Shown here: positions 39,553 through 52,957 of the stretch, one piece after another
Numbering within the stretch: the first letter of the stretch is position 1
Layout: each line of letters starts with the position of its first letter
Origin: Macrostomum lignano
Lineage: Eukaryota
Assembly (NCBI GenBank): GCA_002269645.1
Contig: NIVC01000337.1
Coordinates: forward strand, 248,001 to 312,000
Direction of reading: 5' to 3'
Length of the DNA stretch: 64,000 bases
The notes under the pieces: generated by a model
The model's database searches: none
What the model saw: the letters and a program-made list of their open reading frames with translations, nothing else
What the model was told of the DNA's origin: nothing
Position numbers and translations under genes: made by a program

Positions 39553-41016
39553 ACAACGGAGGTGCAGTTCAACGTCACTATCCGGGACATTAACGACAAC
39601 GCGCCGGGGTTCCGGCGGGCGAGGGAGGAGATCAGCATCGACGAGAACGGGGCGGCCGGCCAGCTGCTGCTGGACCTGCAGGCAAGCGACCCGGACGCTG
39701 GGAGCAACGGCCTCATCAGTTACAGCATCCGGCCGCCGGAGGCTGCAAAAACTTTCAGAGTCCTTGACAACGGCACCCTGGTGTCCAAGATTGTGCTGGA
39801 CCGCGAAACCACCGGCGAGCACGAATTCGACGTCGTAGCAACCGACGCAGGATCGCCGCCGAAGACCTCGCAGGTCCGGGTTCGAATCCGCCTGACGGAC
39901 GTCAATGACTGCCCGCCGGTGTTCGTCGGCGCCCCACTGCTAGAGTTCCGCGTCTCCGAGTCGGCGAGCGTCGGCTCCCTGGTCGGCCGCGCCAACGCCA
40001 CGGACGCCGATCTGGGCGAGGCCGGCCGCGTCAGCTTTGCCATGCGCAGTGTCGAGGGCAACGCGGCCGCCAGCGCCGCTTTCGACGTTGACGCGGACGG
40101 CAGCGTGCGGGTGCGGGCGGCGCTCGACCGGGAGCGGCAGGACCGCTACTTCCTGCGCATCGCCGCCTTCGACCACGGCCAGGAGCGCCTGAGCGCCACC
40201 ATCGACGCCACGATCTTCGTCGAGGACGTCAACGACAACTCGCCGACTGTGACGTGGCCGAGCCTCAGCAACAGCACCGTCCGGGTTTCTTACCTCGCGC
40301 CGTCCGGCACCCGCGTCTGTCGCATCGCCGCCTTCGACCTGGACGCCGGTCAGAATGGAGCCCTGGAGTTCCTCCTGGCTGATGCCGGAGGCGACGATGG
40401 CTACTTCAAAGTCAATGCCACGAGCGGCGAGGTGCTACTGACCGCCGACAGGCGCCGCCTGACCGCATCTGATGTCGGTCGACGCTTCCAGCTGCGCCTG
40501 CGAGTTCGCGACCGCGGCGTCCCGGCCAGAGACGCCGAGACGATGCCGCTGCTGCAGGTTCTGGTTGACGACTCCCCGCCGCCCGGCCATCGGCTGCCAA
40601 CCGCCTCGCTGCCCGCCGGGCTGTCGGCCAGCGAGCTGAACTTCCTGCTGATCATCGTGATCTGCTCGGTGACCTTCGTGCTGTCCTGCGTCCTGGTGGC
40701 GTCCATCTGGCACACCAGGAGGCGGCTACTTGGAGGCGGCAGCGGAAGCAGCGGCGGCGGTGGCGGAGGCGGGCGCGGAGGCCGAGGGAACGCGGAGGAC
40801 GCCGCGGCTGCCATCAAGCTGGCATCGGCGGCCGCCGGAGACTCGCCGCCGGCGGCGCCGCGCTCGATGGGGTCCTCAGATGCCGGCGGGGGCGGCGGCG
40901 TCGGCTACGGCAGCGACGGCGGCACCCGTCTTGGAATTTTACAGACGGCCTCGCCTGCGGGCAGCGGTGGAGGCGGCGGCGAAGGTGGACGAGACTTCCT
41001 GCTGCCGATGCGGCAC
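39553..41016 (+). CDS. Pcdh: Protocadherin coding exon 2: end of EC4, EC5-EC7, TM, proximal cytoplasmic tail
   Basis: CCAG|ACA, phase 0, gives DYGTPPK|TTEVQFNVTIRDINDNAP. Also DVNDCPP and DVNDNSP; TM LNFLLIIVICSVTFVLSCVLVASIW; donor CAC|GTGAGT at 41016/41017. Confidence 0.92.
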
Positions 41017-41029
41017 GTGAGTAGCGGAG

Positions 41030-41350
41030 TGACCTTGATGACCTTGATGACCTCGATGACCTCGATGACCCTGATGACCTTGACGACCTTGATGACCTTG
41101 ACGACCTTGATGACCTTGATGACCTTGATGGCCTTGATGACCTCGACGACCTCGATGACCCTGATTACCTTGACGACCTTGATGATCTTGACGACCTTTG
41201 ATGACCTTGACGACCTTGATGACCCTGATGACCTTGAAGACCTTGACGACCTTAATGACCTTGATGACCCTGATGAATTGATGACCTTGACGACCTTGAT
41301 GACTTTGACGACCTTGATGACCTTGATGATCTATGATGACCTTAATGACC
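41030..41350. repeat. 9-bp repeat (GACCTTGAT)n starting about 14 nt after the donor
   Basis: Direct inspection. Confidence 0.9.
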
Positions 41351-41919
41351 TAGGGGGTTGGCCTGGATGACTATGGTTGCCCTGGGGCTTAGCGACCTGG
41401 CGCTCTATTAAAGTAGTTCGTATTAAACCGGCGCATAACTCACCCGTCACTGTGGCTGCACTCTCTGCAGCACTTCGCAATGCGCCCATCCGATGCCAAT
41501 TCTGGCGTGCAGTCTTGAATTTGTCATGCAGACTGCCTTGCGCCCATTGTAAGACAAGTCAAATGGGGCAAAGGGGCGCCTTGGGGATACCAGTTTGTTT
41601 CTGCGGCCGTCAGTTAAGAATCTGTCAATCAGGCCGGGGTCAGGGAGCAAATCCCATTGACTGCCGCTGCCCGGAGATCGTGGGAAGCCAGTCACGAATT
41701 CGGCGGGATAACATGCTTAGCACAAAAGCGATTGTTATCGGCGAGAGAATTCCCAGCGCCTGCTGCAATAATCCGGCCGGCAGCTGGGCGATCGATGAGG
41801 GACGCCAGCATCCGTGCCGCTTCACCGGCTTGATTCATTATGCAAGCTGGGGATTTATGCAGATCGGCTTGATGAGGCCGTCAGAACCCTCTCTGATGCA
41901 CTTCTCTTGCTCCATCGCC

Positions 41920-41924
41920 TCCCC

Positions 41925-41961
<37 letters not shown>

Positions 41962-42180
41962 TCCATCTCTCTCTCCCTTTCTCTCTCCCTCTCTCCCACT
42001 CTCCCTCTCCCTCTCTCTCTCTCTCTCACTTTTTCTCTCCCTCTCTTACTCACTCTTTCTTTCTTCTCTCTTTCTCTCTCCATCTCTCCATTTTCCCTCT
42101 CTCCCCCTCTCTCTCCCTCTCCTTCCTGTCTACTCCACCCTCCCTTTCTCATACTCACTTGTCTCCTCTCTCACCCTCTG
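41920..42180. repeat. (CT)-rich low-complexity tract
   Basis: Direct inspection. Confidence 0.85.
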
Positions 42181-42715
42181 TCCATCACTCCGTACAATTC
42201 AAACGGATCTACGGTTTCTGAGTTCAATCGCTACTCATTGGCATCTGCCAATCAATTATTTCGAACACAAAAAGCAGATTAAAAGCAAAGCAAGCCACAA
42301 AATGCAGCAATTAGTGAAGCAAAAAAGGAAATGCAGCCAGCAAAGAAGAAAATTAGGCCATTATAAGACCAGCTTTCTTCTTCATCTCTGCCTCTCTTTG
42401 AGAACAAAACTGCGGTAGGAATTGCCGACTGAGTGGGGGGATGGGGCTGAGAACGGGATCGCAGCATTTATCCTGCTCAAATATTGATCCCTAGGAGCCG
42501 GCGCATCCCCGCCTCTCTGTTGCTTGAGTAAATGGGGCGGCAGTGGGTAACTTTCTTGGCCCCGGGCTGGGGTAGCGGCCTCACAAACACGTGGTTAGGG
42601 CTGGGGTTCTGAGTCCGCATTTAGAGTCTACTCATCGGGCGGCTGATTCAGAGATCGAAACTTTCCAGATATCCTCTTGGTGCGAGCTGCTTGGGTCTGT
42701 CTGAGCTGGGGACAG

Positions 42716-42774
<59 letters not shown>

Positions 42775-42793
42775 CACAGACAGACAGACAGAC

Positions 42794-42942
<149 letters not shown>

Positions 42943-43739
42943 GGAACAGCTGCAAGCTACCAGCAACTGCACTAACAGGCAGGATTAGCCGGGTCAAACG
43001 GGCAAGCAGCAGCTGAGAAGGCAAGAACAGGACGCCTCCCTGGCAAACTTTTCAGATCAAAGGAGACGCCGCCGGGCTCCCTATCAGTCTGTTGGGTGTA
43101 GCACAATTTTCGTGTAGCACAGACCGGGGAGCAGGCGGCCGACTGCACAGTGCTGAGATGAGCTGCTGCGCAAACAGCTCTCACCTACTCCTCTCCAAGC
43201 CCCGTATGACTTGTGGCAGTTCCGGAGGCCCGGGAGCATCTCGAGTCAACGCGAAGAGAGAAAAAAGGATTTCAGTTTTTTAACAAATCGATAATTGATT
43301 TGCGCTGTTTCAACACTTTGTAGCAAGTGAGCCCGAGAGCTTGGGGGAGTTTCTGAGCACTGCAGCTCACTGGGGGGGGGCACAGAACGCATTTCGTAGC
43401 GCAGGTTTCCTTTCGTGCGCTGGCTCGTTAACTCAGCCCACCCCTCAGCAGTGCAGGTGGGCCGAGTCAATTAGGGCCTGGCGCTGGTGAAGGGGCGGTC
43501 AGTTCAAAGAGAGAAAAAAACAACTCGTGTGTCTCTGGGCTACTCAGTGAGTTTTGTTTTCAACTCGGAGGGAAAGTTCGAGTCTCCAGGCACTTCTTTG
43601 ATCAGGCAGGCGTGGGTTCGAGTCAGTGCCCAGGTGCACCCAAGCTCGGGGTTGAACTTCTTCTTCTAGGTCAGGATGAAGCTGCTCAATCAGAGCTTTG
43701 CATGAGCACTTTGTATCGTGTGAGCACTTGCATTGGCTG

Positions 43740-44590
43740 CTCGCCAACAATGGCACTCCATTAATTAAATATGGCATTCTATCGATTATGAAATGGCACT
43801 CCATCGAATAATAATGGCACTCCATCGAATAATAATGGCACTCCATCGAACAATAATGGCACTCCGGCGATTAATAATGACACTCCATAGATTAATAATG
43901 GCACTCCATCAATTAAGAAATGGCACTTCATCGATTAAGGAATGGCACTCCATAGATTAAGAAATGGCACTCCATAGATTAAGGAATGGCACTCCACAGA
44001 TATTAGGAAATGGCACTCCATAGATTAAGAAATGGCACTCCATATATTTAGAAATGGCACTCCATTTATTAAGGAATGACACTCCATAGATTAAGAAATG
44101 GCACTCCATAGATTAAAAAATGGCACTCCAGAGATTAAGAAATGGCACTCCATAGATTAAGGAATGGCACTCCACAGAGATTAAGAAATGGCACTCCATA
44201 GATTAAGAAATTGCACTCCATAGATCAGGAAATGGCACTCCATAGATTAAGGAATGGCACTCCACAGAGATTAAGAAATGGCACTCCATAGATTAAGGAA
44301 TGGCACTCCACAGAGATTTAGAAATGGCACTCCATAGATTAAGGAATGGCACTCCATAGATTAAGGAATGGCACTCCATAGATTAAGGAATGGCACTCCA
44401 TAGATTAAGGAATGGCACCCCACAGAGATTAAGAAATGGCACTCCATAGATTAAGGAATGGCACTCCATAGATTAAGGAATGGCACTCCATAGATTAAGG
44501 AATGGCACTCCACAGAGATTAAGGAATGGCACTCCATAGATTAAGGAATGGCACTCCACAGAGATTAAGGAATGGCACTCCATAGTTTAA
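43740..44590. repeat. About 23-bp minisatellite (AATGGCACTCCATAGATTAAGR)n
   Basis: Direct inspection. Confidence 0.92.
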
Positions 44591-45963
44591 GGAAAGACAC
44601 TCTACAAAAGAAAAATTTTACTCAAAGTCTACAACTGTGCTCACCACTAATCAACCAGCGCCATCTCACCCAATCAAAAAGGTGTCTCACCAAAGAGTAC
44701 CATATTTCAAAATGGCGCCATTCGATCAATGATAGTAAAAAAATTCCCAAGTTACAATAATTGACTTCACCCTACTGGACGCATTGTGTCTGTTGGCGTA
44801 GACCTCATTATTTCCTAGAAAATCATTTCTAGAAACCGTACACTCCCTGGTGGCGCTTACCTGGGCTGCAATACAGGCGCTTCTCCTCCCAGCATCGCCA
44901 AGCTTGCCATCCCGGGCTCAGAGCCGCAGCCACACTGCACTGGGGGCAGTTTGACTGACAGGCGGCTCCAGGCTGGCCCTCCCCCTCCTAAACCCCTCAA
45001 AAAATGTCAAACAGCAGCTTCTCAGTTTCACTGGAGCTTCAACGGAATAGAAAACGCATTAAAGCCTGCCAGTGAGCTCAGTGTCTGTTAATATTATCAC
45101 AGAACTGTCCCTCACAAAGCTGAAGTGTCAAGAGCCCCAGCTGCAGCGGTCTCGATCAAGTGTGTTCCCTGCCAACACGCTGAGTGCCTGCGCTTCCCAA
45201 ACAGACAAGTCCGAGGCTAAGTCCGCCCGCATATCTCCGAATTAGTGTGTATTTGAGCTTTTTTCCTGCTCAATATTCATCTATAATGTGCCGCACCCAC
45301 CCCTCTCCTCTCAGCTATCCAGAAGAGCCACTTGGAGTTCTTTTTCTTTTCTCTTCTTTCGCTGAGCAGTTGCGTCAAGTGCCGGAGCCGCAGCCCATGG
45401 GTGTCGCTCTCTGCTCTTTTGTTAGTCAAATTCTGGCCCGCAGATATCGCGCACCCATTGTTGCCCACAGAGCGACTGCACGGAAATCACCTTTTCTCCA
45501 TTTATCCGTGCCTGGCCTCATTAAATCATTTTGCCGCCGACAATGGCCTCTGACCTCGGGGGGGGGGGGGGGGGGATTATCCTGCATAATTTATCAGGCC
45601 CCGAGCCCTAATCGCAGAGATTAACTCTAGAAAAAAAGGTTGCTGCGTAGGTGGGCCGGGGGGTTGGCCCGCATTCGTGGCTGCATAGCAGAGCGGCTGG
45701 CCTGAGAGCTGACTCTGAATACTGCTCTGGGATAAATTTCCCAATAATTGACCCGAATTTCGGCCGGGGATCCGTGTCCCGAAATTGTAACTCCTGCTGA
45801 ACCTGAGCCTCCCGCCAGACTTGAGATTGTAAATTTGCAAGCAGCGCACTGGCTGCTCGGGTGATCTGGGACTGCATGGCTGCGGCGGGAAGGTCCTTCA
45901 GACTGGGATTAGGGATTAGGTTTGGGTTTGGGTTTTGGTTCGAAATAGGGGTTGTAGCCAGTA

Positions 45964-46272
45964 GGTGTTGTAGCTTAGTGGCTAGAGCGTCGGACTCACG
46001 ACTTGAAGGTCGGGGGTTCGATTCCCGACCCTCTCGGAACAATTTGTGTCATTAAGCAAGGCACTTAACTCTGCGTTGCTTCAGTTCACCCAGCTGTAAA
46101 ATGGGTGCCAGCATTAGCTGGGGCAATTGAGGGCGTGTGGCGACCCCCAGTCCTCGGACTGAACAGCCGTACGCAGCCTTCAGATGCGCCGCGCAATAGC
46201 TGCGGCTGAGCTGTCGGTTGCACATCTGACCATTAGGGCAGGTGTAATCAATTAATTATTATTATTATTATT
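45964..46272 (+). mobile_element. tRNA-derived SINE with CORE-like central domain and (ATT)n tail
   Basis: A box TAGCTTAGTGG and B box GGTTCGATTCC; the acceptor stem does not pair. GCAAGGCACTTAACTC...TCAGTTCACCCAGCTGTAAAATGGG resembles the MIR/CORE consensus as I recall it. Tail at 46255-46272. No TSD found. Confidence 0.75.
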
Positions 46273-46560
46273 GAGTTTGGGTTTGGGTTCGGGTTTGAGT
46301 TTGGGTTTGGGTTCGGGTTCGGGTTTGGGTTTGGGTTTGGGTTTGGGTTTGGGTTTGGGTTTGGGTTTGGGTTTGGGTTTGGGTTCGGGTTTGGGTTTGG
46401 GTTTGGGTTCGGGTTTGGGTTCGGGTTCGGGTTTGGGTTTGGGTTTGGGTTCGGGTTTGAGTTTGGGTTTGGGTTCGGGTTTGGGTTCGGGTTTGGGTTC
46501 GGGTTTGGGTTCGGGTTTGGGTTCGGGTTTGGGTTCGGATTTGGGTTCGGGTTTGGGCTT
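46273..46560. repeat. Telomere-like (GGGTTT/GGGTTC)n; a short related tract with TTAGGG lies at about 45903-45945
   Basis: Direct inspection. Confidence 0.9.
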
Positions 46561-48090
46561 TTGTTTGGGTGGGTTGGCTAAAGACTTCTTTTTAAAGGAT
46601 ATTTTTGTATTTATTAGAAATTTTTCGCCAGGGGGTGCAAAGTGGGTTCAATATTTGTTTTTTTCCAGTATCTGTGCCATATGTTTGCGCCACTTTTTAA
46701 AGTTTTAAAGGTTTTTCTGCCATGTTTTAGGATTTAGTGCCATTTTCAAAGAGCTCTGTTTGCAGTTTAAAAGCCCGAGAAAATTCCACATTGCAGCCAA
46801 AAGTTACCAAACAGCTCGCACCCCGGTCTGTTTAATCAAAAACTCACGCATGAAAAACCTTGTAATTAGCTCTGGCCCGCCTCAGCAGAACTCATGGGCC
46901 ACTATGGAGTAGTGTTTCTCTTCTCCTTCTTCTTCTTTTGCAACAGAGGGAAGCAGCAATGTTTTGTTTCTCACAAGCAATGCTGTCTGGATAAAAATTG
47001 CGTTTAAGTCACGTCTCACCGATGACAATGCAGCACTGGTTATTAACATCAGCTCAATGAGAACTCAATATGAGCTGATAACACAGCTCATCTCCTACTG
47101 TTTGTCCACTTTGTCGGCGAGTGATATTACCGGCTGATGAAGCTCGAGCAAAGATGCTGGGGAGGCTGGGGGGCAGCAGAGGTCGGGCTCGCTCAGCGGG
47201 AGGCTGGGAGGGCTCAAGATGATGCAGTCACGACTCTTATTGCATTGCCAATATGAATATGAATATGAGTTAGCAGCGAGCCCCCCTAGCAACTAATTTT
47301 CAAGCGAGTTTCAGCCTCTCCAAATCCCGTATTGTTCAGCCGGGGTCATTGTTAAAAAAAGTGGAGAGGACAGCTAGAGCACGGAGCTCAGATCCCCGCT
47401 TGAGAGCTCAACTCCCCCTGCTCCCAGTCACCGCCCGAGCTCGTTTAGCCGTTACGTAAGCAGGCTTTGAGGACGCCGACGGGGAGCTCATTGAATATGC
47501 AAATTGCACCTATATGCCGCCGCCCTCGCTCTCCTGTTGTCTCTCCAGCTTCACCCACATGGGCCCAGGCTAGGCGAGAAAATGGCCCTAGGGGGTGACC
47601 CAGCCTCCCAGAGCCGCATGCGGCGGCAGGACTCAAAAATCTGAAGTTCCCATTCTAGTAATCCCCAACAGCGGGGGGCTGAGTACCCCCCCCCTCCCAG
47701 GCTGCCGAGCAGTTTTCCAGACTCGAACCAATGCCGCTTTCACTAATTGACAAATATATTTGGCTGCGAGGAGGGCGGGGCGATGAGGGACAGAGGAGGC
47801 TGGGAGCCATCGAGCTTAGAATCCCAGCGTCTGTCAATGTCTGGCAGGCGGGCCCAGTGACTCACCGCACAGAAATGCCCGCCCGCACCCATCAGATAAT
47901 CATCTTCATTGCTTGTCGCATGAAAACTCAAAACACAGCCAGGCCCTGAGTCTCGGGTTACACGCATGGCCACTTCCTGAGCTGCGCGGGTAATTAGCGA
48001 GCCCCGGCTGCAGATTTGGGCGGGCCGGAGGGGGTCCCCGCGGCGCTTAATTAAGGTGGCGCTTTTATGCCGCAATTTCGCCAATTCCAG

Positions 48091-48236
48091 TACCGAGAAT
48101 TTGACTACATGGCGCCAGCGTTTGGGCCCGCGGCGGCTGCGGCAGCGGCTGCGGTGCCGCAGCGGCCAGTCCTCGGAGTCCGACAGCGGCCGGGGCACCA
48201 CCTGCTTCGTTGATGACGATCCGTTCCGAGAGATCG
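48091..48236 (+). CDS. Pcdh: Probable protocadherin cytoplasmic exon with DSGRG (CM1-like) motif; 5' boundary uncertain (48091 or 48119)
   Basis: SGQSSESDSGRGTTCFVDDDPFREI, donor G|GTGAGC at 48236/48237 (phase 1). An acceptor at 48119 would join phase 0 directly to the previous exon. Confidence 0.55.
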
Positions 48237-48249
48237 GTGAGCTGCTGGC

Positions 48250-49160
<911 letters not shown>

Positions 49161-49715
49161 TGATTTGACAGTGATGGGCATTAAAAATCCAGGAGTTCCG
49201 CTGGTAGGGCTGGACAAGGAAACTCGCTAAAAAAGCGGTAAAAATCAAACAAATTAGTGATGAATTTCCATTTCGCTAATCAAAGCGCTCCGAGCTGGCT
49301 GCACACGCAGGGCTCAAAGCGCGGCATTCGAATGTCCCGATTGCCATGCTGGGTGGCGGATCAAAACAAGGCGCGCCTGCCATTGATGAAGCCGCTCACT
49401 GACCAGGGCGGACGTTGCGGCGTTTTGATCTCGCCAGCTCCGATTCGAGTTGACAAGTTGGAGCTCCGGGGGAGGGAGGGGCAGCTCAGAGTTGGGGGAA
49501 AATCAAATTAACTTTCGGGTCACCCCGGTCCAGGTGGGTTTTTCGAATCTGTGATTACGCAATCCCGCAATCCCGGGGTCGGGGCTCTGGCCTGGCAACA
49601 CGCGGAGGAACTGATGAGGCGGGAAATGGCATGACTGCTCAGCCTGATGAGATGGAGAGCCCGAGGGTTGACAGAGATTGACAGAGTTCCCCAAGGCCCG
49701 AAACCCGCTAAATCA

Positions 49716-49853
<138 letters not shown>

Positions 49854-49854
49854 A

Positions 49855-49915
<61 letters not shown>

Positions 49916-50927
49916 CTCTGTCTGTCTGTCTGTCTATCTATCTATCAAAGTCTGCGACAGGAAGTGTCTGAATTGCCCCAGTGATCTCCCACCCCCTCAC
50001 AAACAAGAATGCAGCATTAGGGAATCTGCTACATCAGTAAAGACAGTTTAATCCCCTTATGACAGCTGACTCAGGAGGGGGTTGTGGGCGGCCCAGTTGC
50101 ACCGCCACTGCCAAATTTCCCTTTCAAGTCGGCCCACTTCAGAGACAAGGTCACTCGGTATTAGGAAAACTGGCTGGCGCTGTGATGCTGGCAAAGACTT
50201 CCCCGAGCCTCAGCCGCGGCCCGAACTCCCTTTGACAGGCGAGAGTAGAGCGACACGACAGACAGAGCGGGCGGCTCTCAAAAGAGTTGGCGAAAGGCAA
50301 AGACAGCCGCGGCTGACCGTCTTTTGAAATCCGTGTTGGCAGCGGCTGCTTTGAAATTTCTGTGCTCAAAACTGTCCGATCCCCTTTGTGCTCCATCCTG
50401 CTTTGCCGCTCCCAGAAGCAGCAGCTCGGCAAACAGCCGCTCTCTCGTACTCTGGGATTTTATCCCTAAATGCAAAAAATCCGATCCCCAGATAATCTCC
50501 CATGGCCTGCCGAGATCGAATTCTTCTCCAACAGAACTGTCTCCGGAGGGGATAAAACTCCCAATGCCCCTTCTGCTCCCTATGAACTTCGGGGGATCCT
50601 GACCTGTTTGTCGATAAAGAGAGCCAGATAGAGAGGAGACAGGGGGGCCAAGCGATTACGTCATCGCTAGGGAGTTTGGGATAAAAACGGGAGTAGAAAA
50701 GCCACAACTTTATTCCCCATACTTCACTCGCTAATCAGCAAAAAAACAGCTTTTTTGGATCGGCCATGGGATATGGGATTTGGAGAGAGGGGATAGATTG
50801 GGAAAAACTGATAGGGGATTTCAACATGAGGGGTTGGTGAGTTTTGATGGTCCATTTCAGCCGTGGGATATTTTTGCTGGGAATGGGATAAACCGGCAAA
50901 CCGAGCGAAGCCCGTCAAATCCCGCAG

Positions 50928-51106
50928 GAGGCGCGCACCATCCCCGCCCGAGCGGCAGGGCGCAGCAGGGAGCCGCCGACTTCCGCAGCATGACGGTCAG
51001 CCCCCGCCAGCACCCCGCCGCAGGCCTGATGTCCACCTTCACCCTGGACAGACAGCGGGCCAGGCTGGGCGGTCACGTGACCGTCAACAATGGCCTGCAG
51101 GTGTGA
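50928..51106 (+). CDS. Pcdh: Probable terminal protocadherin exon
   Basis: CCCGCAG acceptor, phase 1 matches the donor at 48237. GC3-rich GGAHHPRPSG...STFTLDRQRARLGGHVTVNNGLQV-stop. Confidence 0.45.
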
Positions 51107-51599
51107 AAATGACTCAGTGAATGCCATGAAGTCACAATTTCCAAAGCCGCTTATATTTTCGATTTGATGTCCCAGCTGCACTGCTAGTAGTAGAATGTCG
51201 GAGATTTGTCACCAAATAGTTGCAATACTTTTTGATTGATTTTGTTCCTGTTTTCACGCACTTCCGCTCCGAGCTGACTTCGACTTTGCTGTTGTTCCCT
51301 CAGTGAAATTGCTTGTGGGTTTAAAGCTCGGCCTGCAGTTGCAATAGCTCAGCAGGCACTGAATTCATTTATTGCGTCATTGTTATTTGATTTGCTCTTC
51401 TGTTCAGCTTGTAATTTTGTACACTGATGATGCGTTTGCTATGGTGTACCGAATAAATTAATTTTAATCGTTAATAACCGCTGACTAACGAATTTGTGAG
51501 CACTGCTCCATCTTCTGCTCTGTGACTTGAAGCTTTGGCTGAGGTGCGGCAGCAATGAGTGGGAGAAGAGGCAGAGGGCACGGGGAGGGATTATTCAAG

Positions 51600-51950
51600 G
51601 TGAGAGAAGGAAAGAGGTAGAGGGGGAGGTAGATGGAGGAAGAGAGAGAGTAGAGAGGTAAAGGGGAGGGATGGAGAGGGGAGAGAATGACTGGGGAGAG
51701 AGGGAGACAGCGGCTGCTGGAGAGAGCGAGAGAAGGAGAGGGAGACGGGTAGAGGCGGGAGAGGGAGAGAGGAGAGGGGAAGAGGGGTGAAGTGTTATAG
51801 GGAGAGGGGAGGGAGAGGAGAGAGGGAGAGGGGAGAGGGAGAGGGGAGATGGAGAGGAGAGAGGGAGAGGGGAGAGGGAGAGGGAGAGGGAGAGGAGAGA
51901 GGGAGAGGGGAGAGGGAGAGGGGAGATGGAGAGAAAAGCGAGGGAGAGAG
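51600..51950. repeat. Purine-rich low-complexity tract; similar tracts at 52985-53215 and 56150-56390
   Basis: Direct inspection. Confidence 0.85.
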
Positions 51951-52492
51951 CTACACTACAGATTTGCTTGTGCGGTCAGATATAAAATTCAACCGGCTGA
52001 AATCTCTGCAACAAGTTTGCTGTCATGAACCACAAAACGCTTAATATAATATTTACTCATGGAGACTTTCAAATATCAAGGTTGCTTTTTACTTTATGTT
52101 TCATTTTTGTTATACTACTGCTAGCGCAGCCAATGAGTAGCAATACAGGCAGGCGTGGCTCTAAGAGCTCAAATTTCACTGAGGCGGTCGCCAGAGCCAA
52201 TGGAATTCGAGGTGGCTCGGGAGAAGCTGGCTGGGGTGTCCCCAAGTGTTTTTTCCACGTGCTCGCCAATAAAAAACTTGACAAGCAAAGAAGAAAAGTA
52301 GAAATCCAGAAAGAAATAAAGATAGGAAAAAACTGCGAAACAAAATGGAAATTGTTGCTGTAGAAGAACCCAGGAGAAGACTGCATGTACTGGTTTCTGC
52401 TCCTAATCTTGACAGCGGTGATAGAAGCAACTACAAAAGCAACTTTATAAGCATCTGCGGAAGCAGAAGCGGAAGAAAGGTGCTGGATAACA

Positions 52493-52957
52493 ATGTTGAA
52501 AGCAACTACATTTACGAAGGCTCCTCTGGAGATGACTGCGGAAGCAACTGCGGAAGCAACAGTGGAAGCAACAGTGGAAGCAACAGTGGAAGCAACAGTG
52601 GAAGCAACAGTGGAAACAACAGTGGAAGCAACAGTGGAAGCAAGAGTGGAAGCAACTGCAGAAGCAACAGTGGAAGCAACAGTGGAAGCAACAGTGGAAG
52701 CAACGGCAGTCGCTCCGCCGCGGCAGCGCGCCAGGCCCGCCTGGCCTGTCAGCCGCCATCCGGTCAGACAGCCGGCGCAAAGCCGCTTCGGTCTCCGCCT
52801 CCCGCCAGCCAGGCCGTGCGCCGACGGCCGCTGCGCCACCGGCTGGGTGCCGGCCGCCAGCCTGCCCGCCTTCTACTCGTCGAAGGTGCCGCCGACGGAG
52901 AAATCAGCGACTGCGGCGGCTGCCGCTAAAAGGCGACTTTTGCAAGCGAAAATCTCT
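52493..52957 (+). CDS. Putative exon of an unknown gene containing a 12-bp repeat (GTGGAAGCAACA)n; possible next exon 53297-53398
   Basis: GC3-rich PCADGRCATGWVPAASLPAFYSSK...KRRLLQAKIS ends at TCTG|GTAAGG. A phase-compatible acceptor TTGCAG|AC lies near 53296. No homology recognised. Confidence 0.3.

Noticed and set aside
43610-43626. Isolated B-box-like GGTTCGAGTC (also near 53543)
   Set aside because: No A box or cloverleaf around it.
45964-46035. Functional tRNA-Val(CAC)
   Set aside because: Acceptor and anticodon stems do not pair, and the sequence continues into a CORE-like domain and tail, so it is a SINE head.
46110-46272. SINE 3' end derived from the LINE at 10167-13582
   Set aside because: Only about 8 nt (GGCGACCC) are shared and the tails differ.
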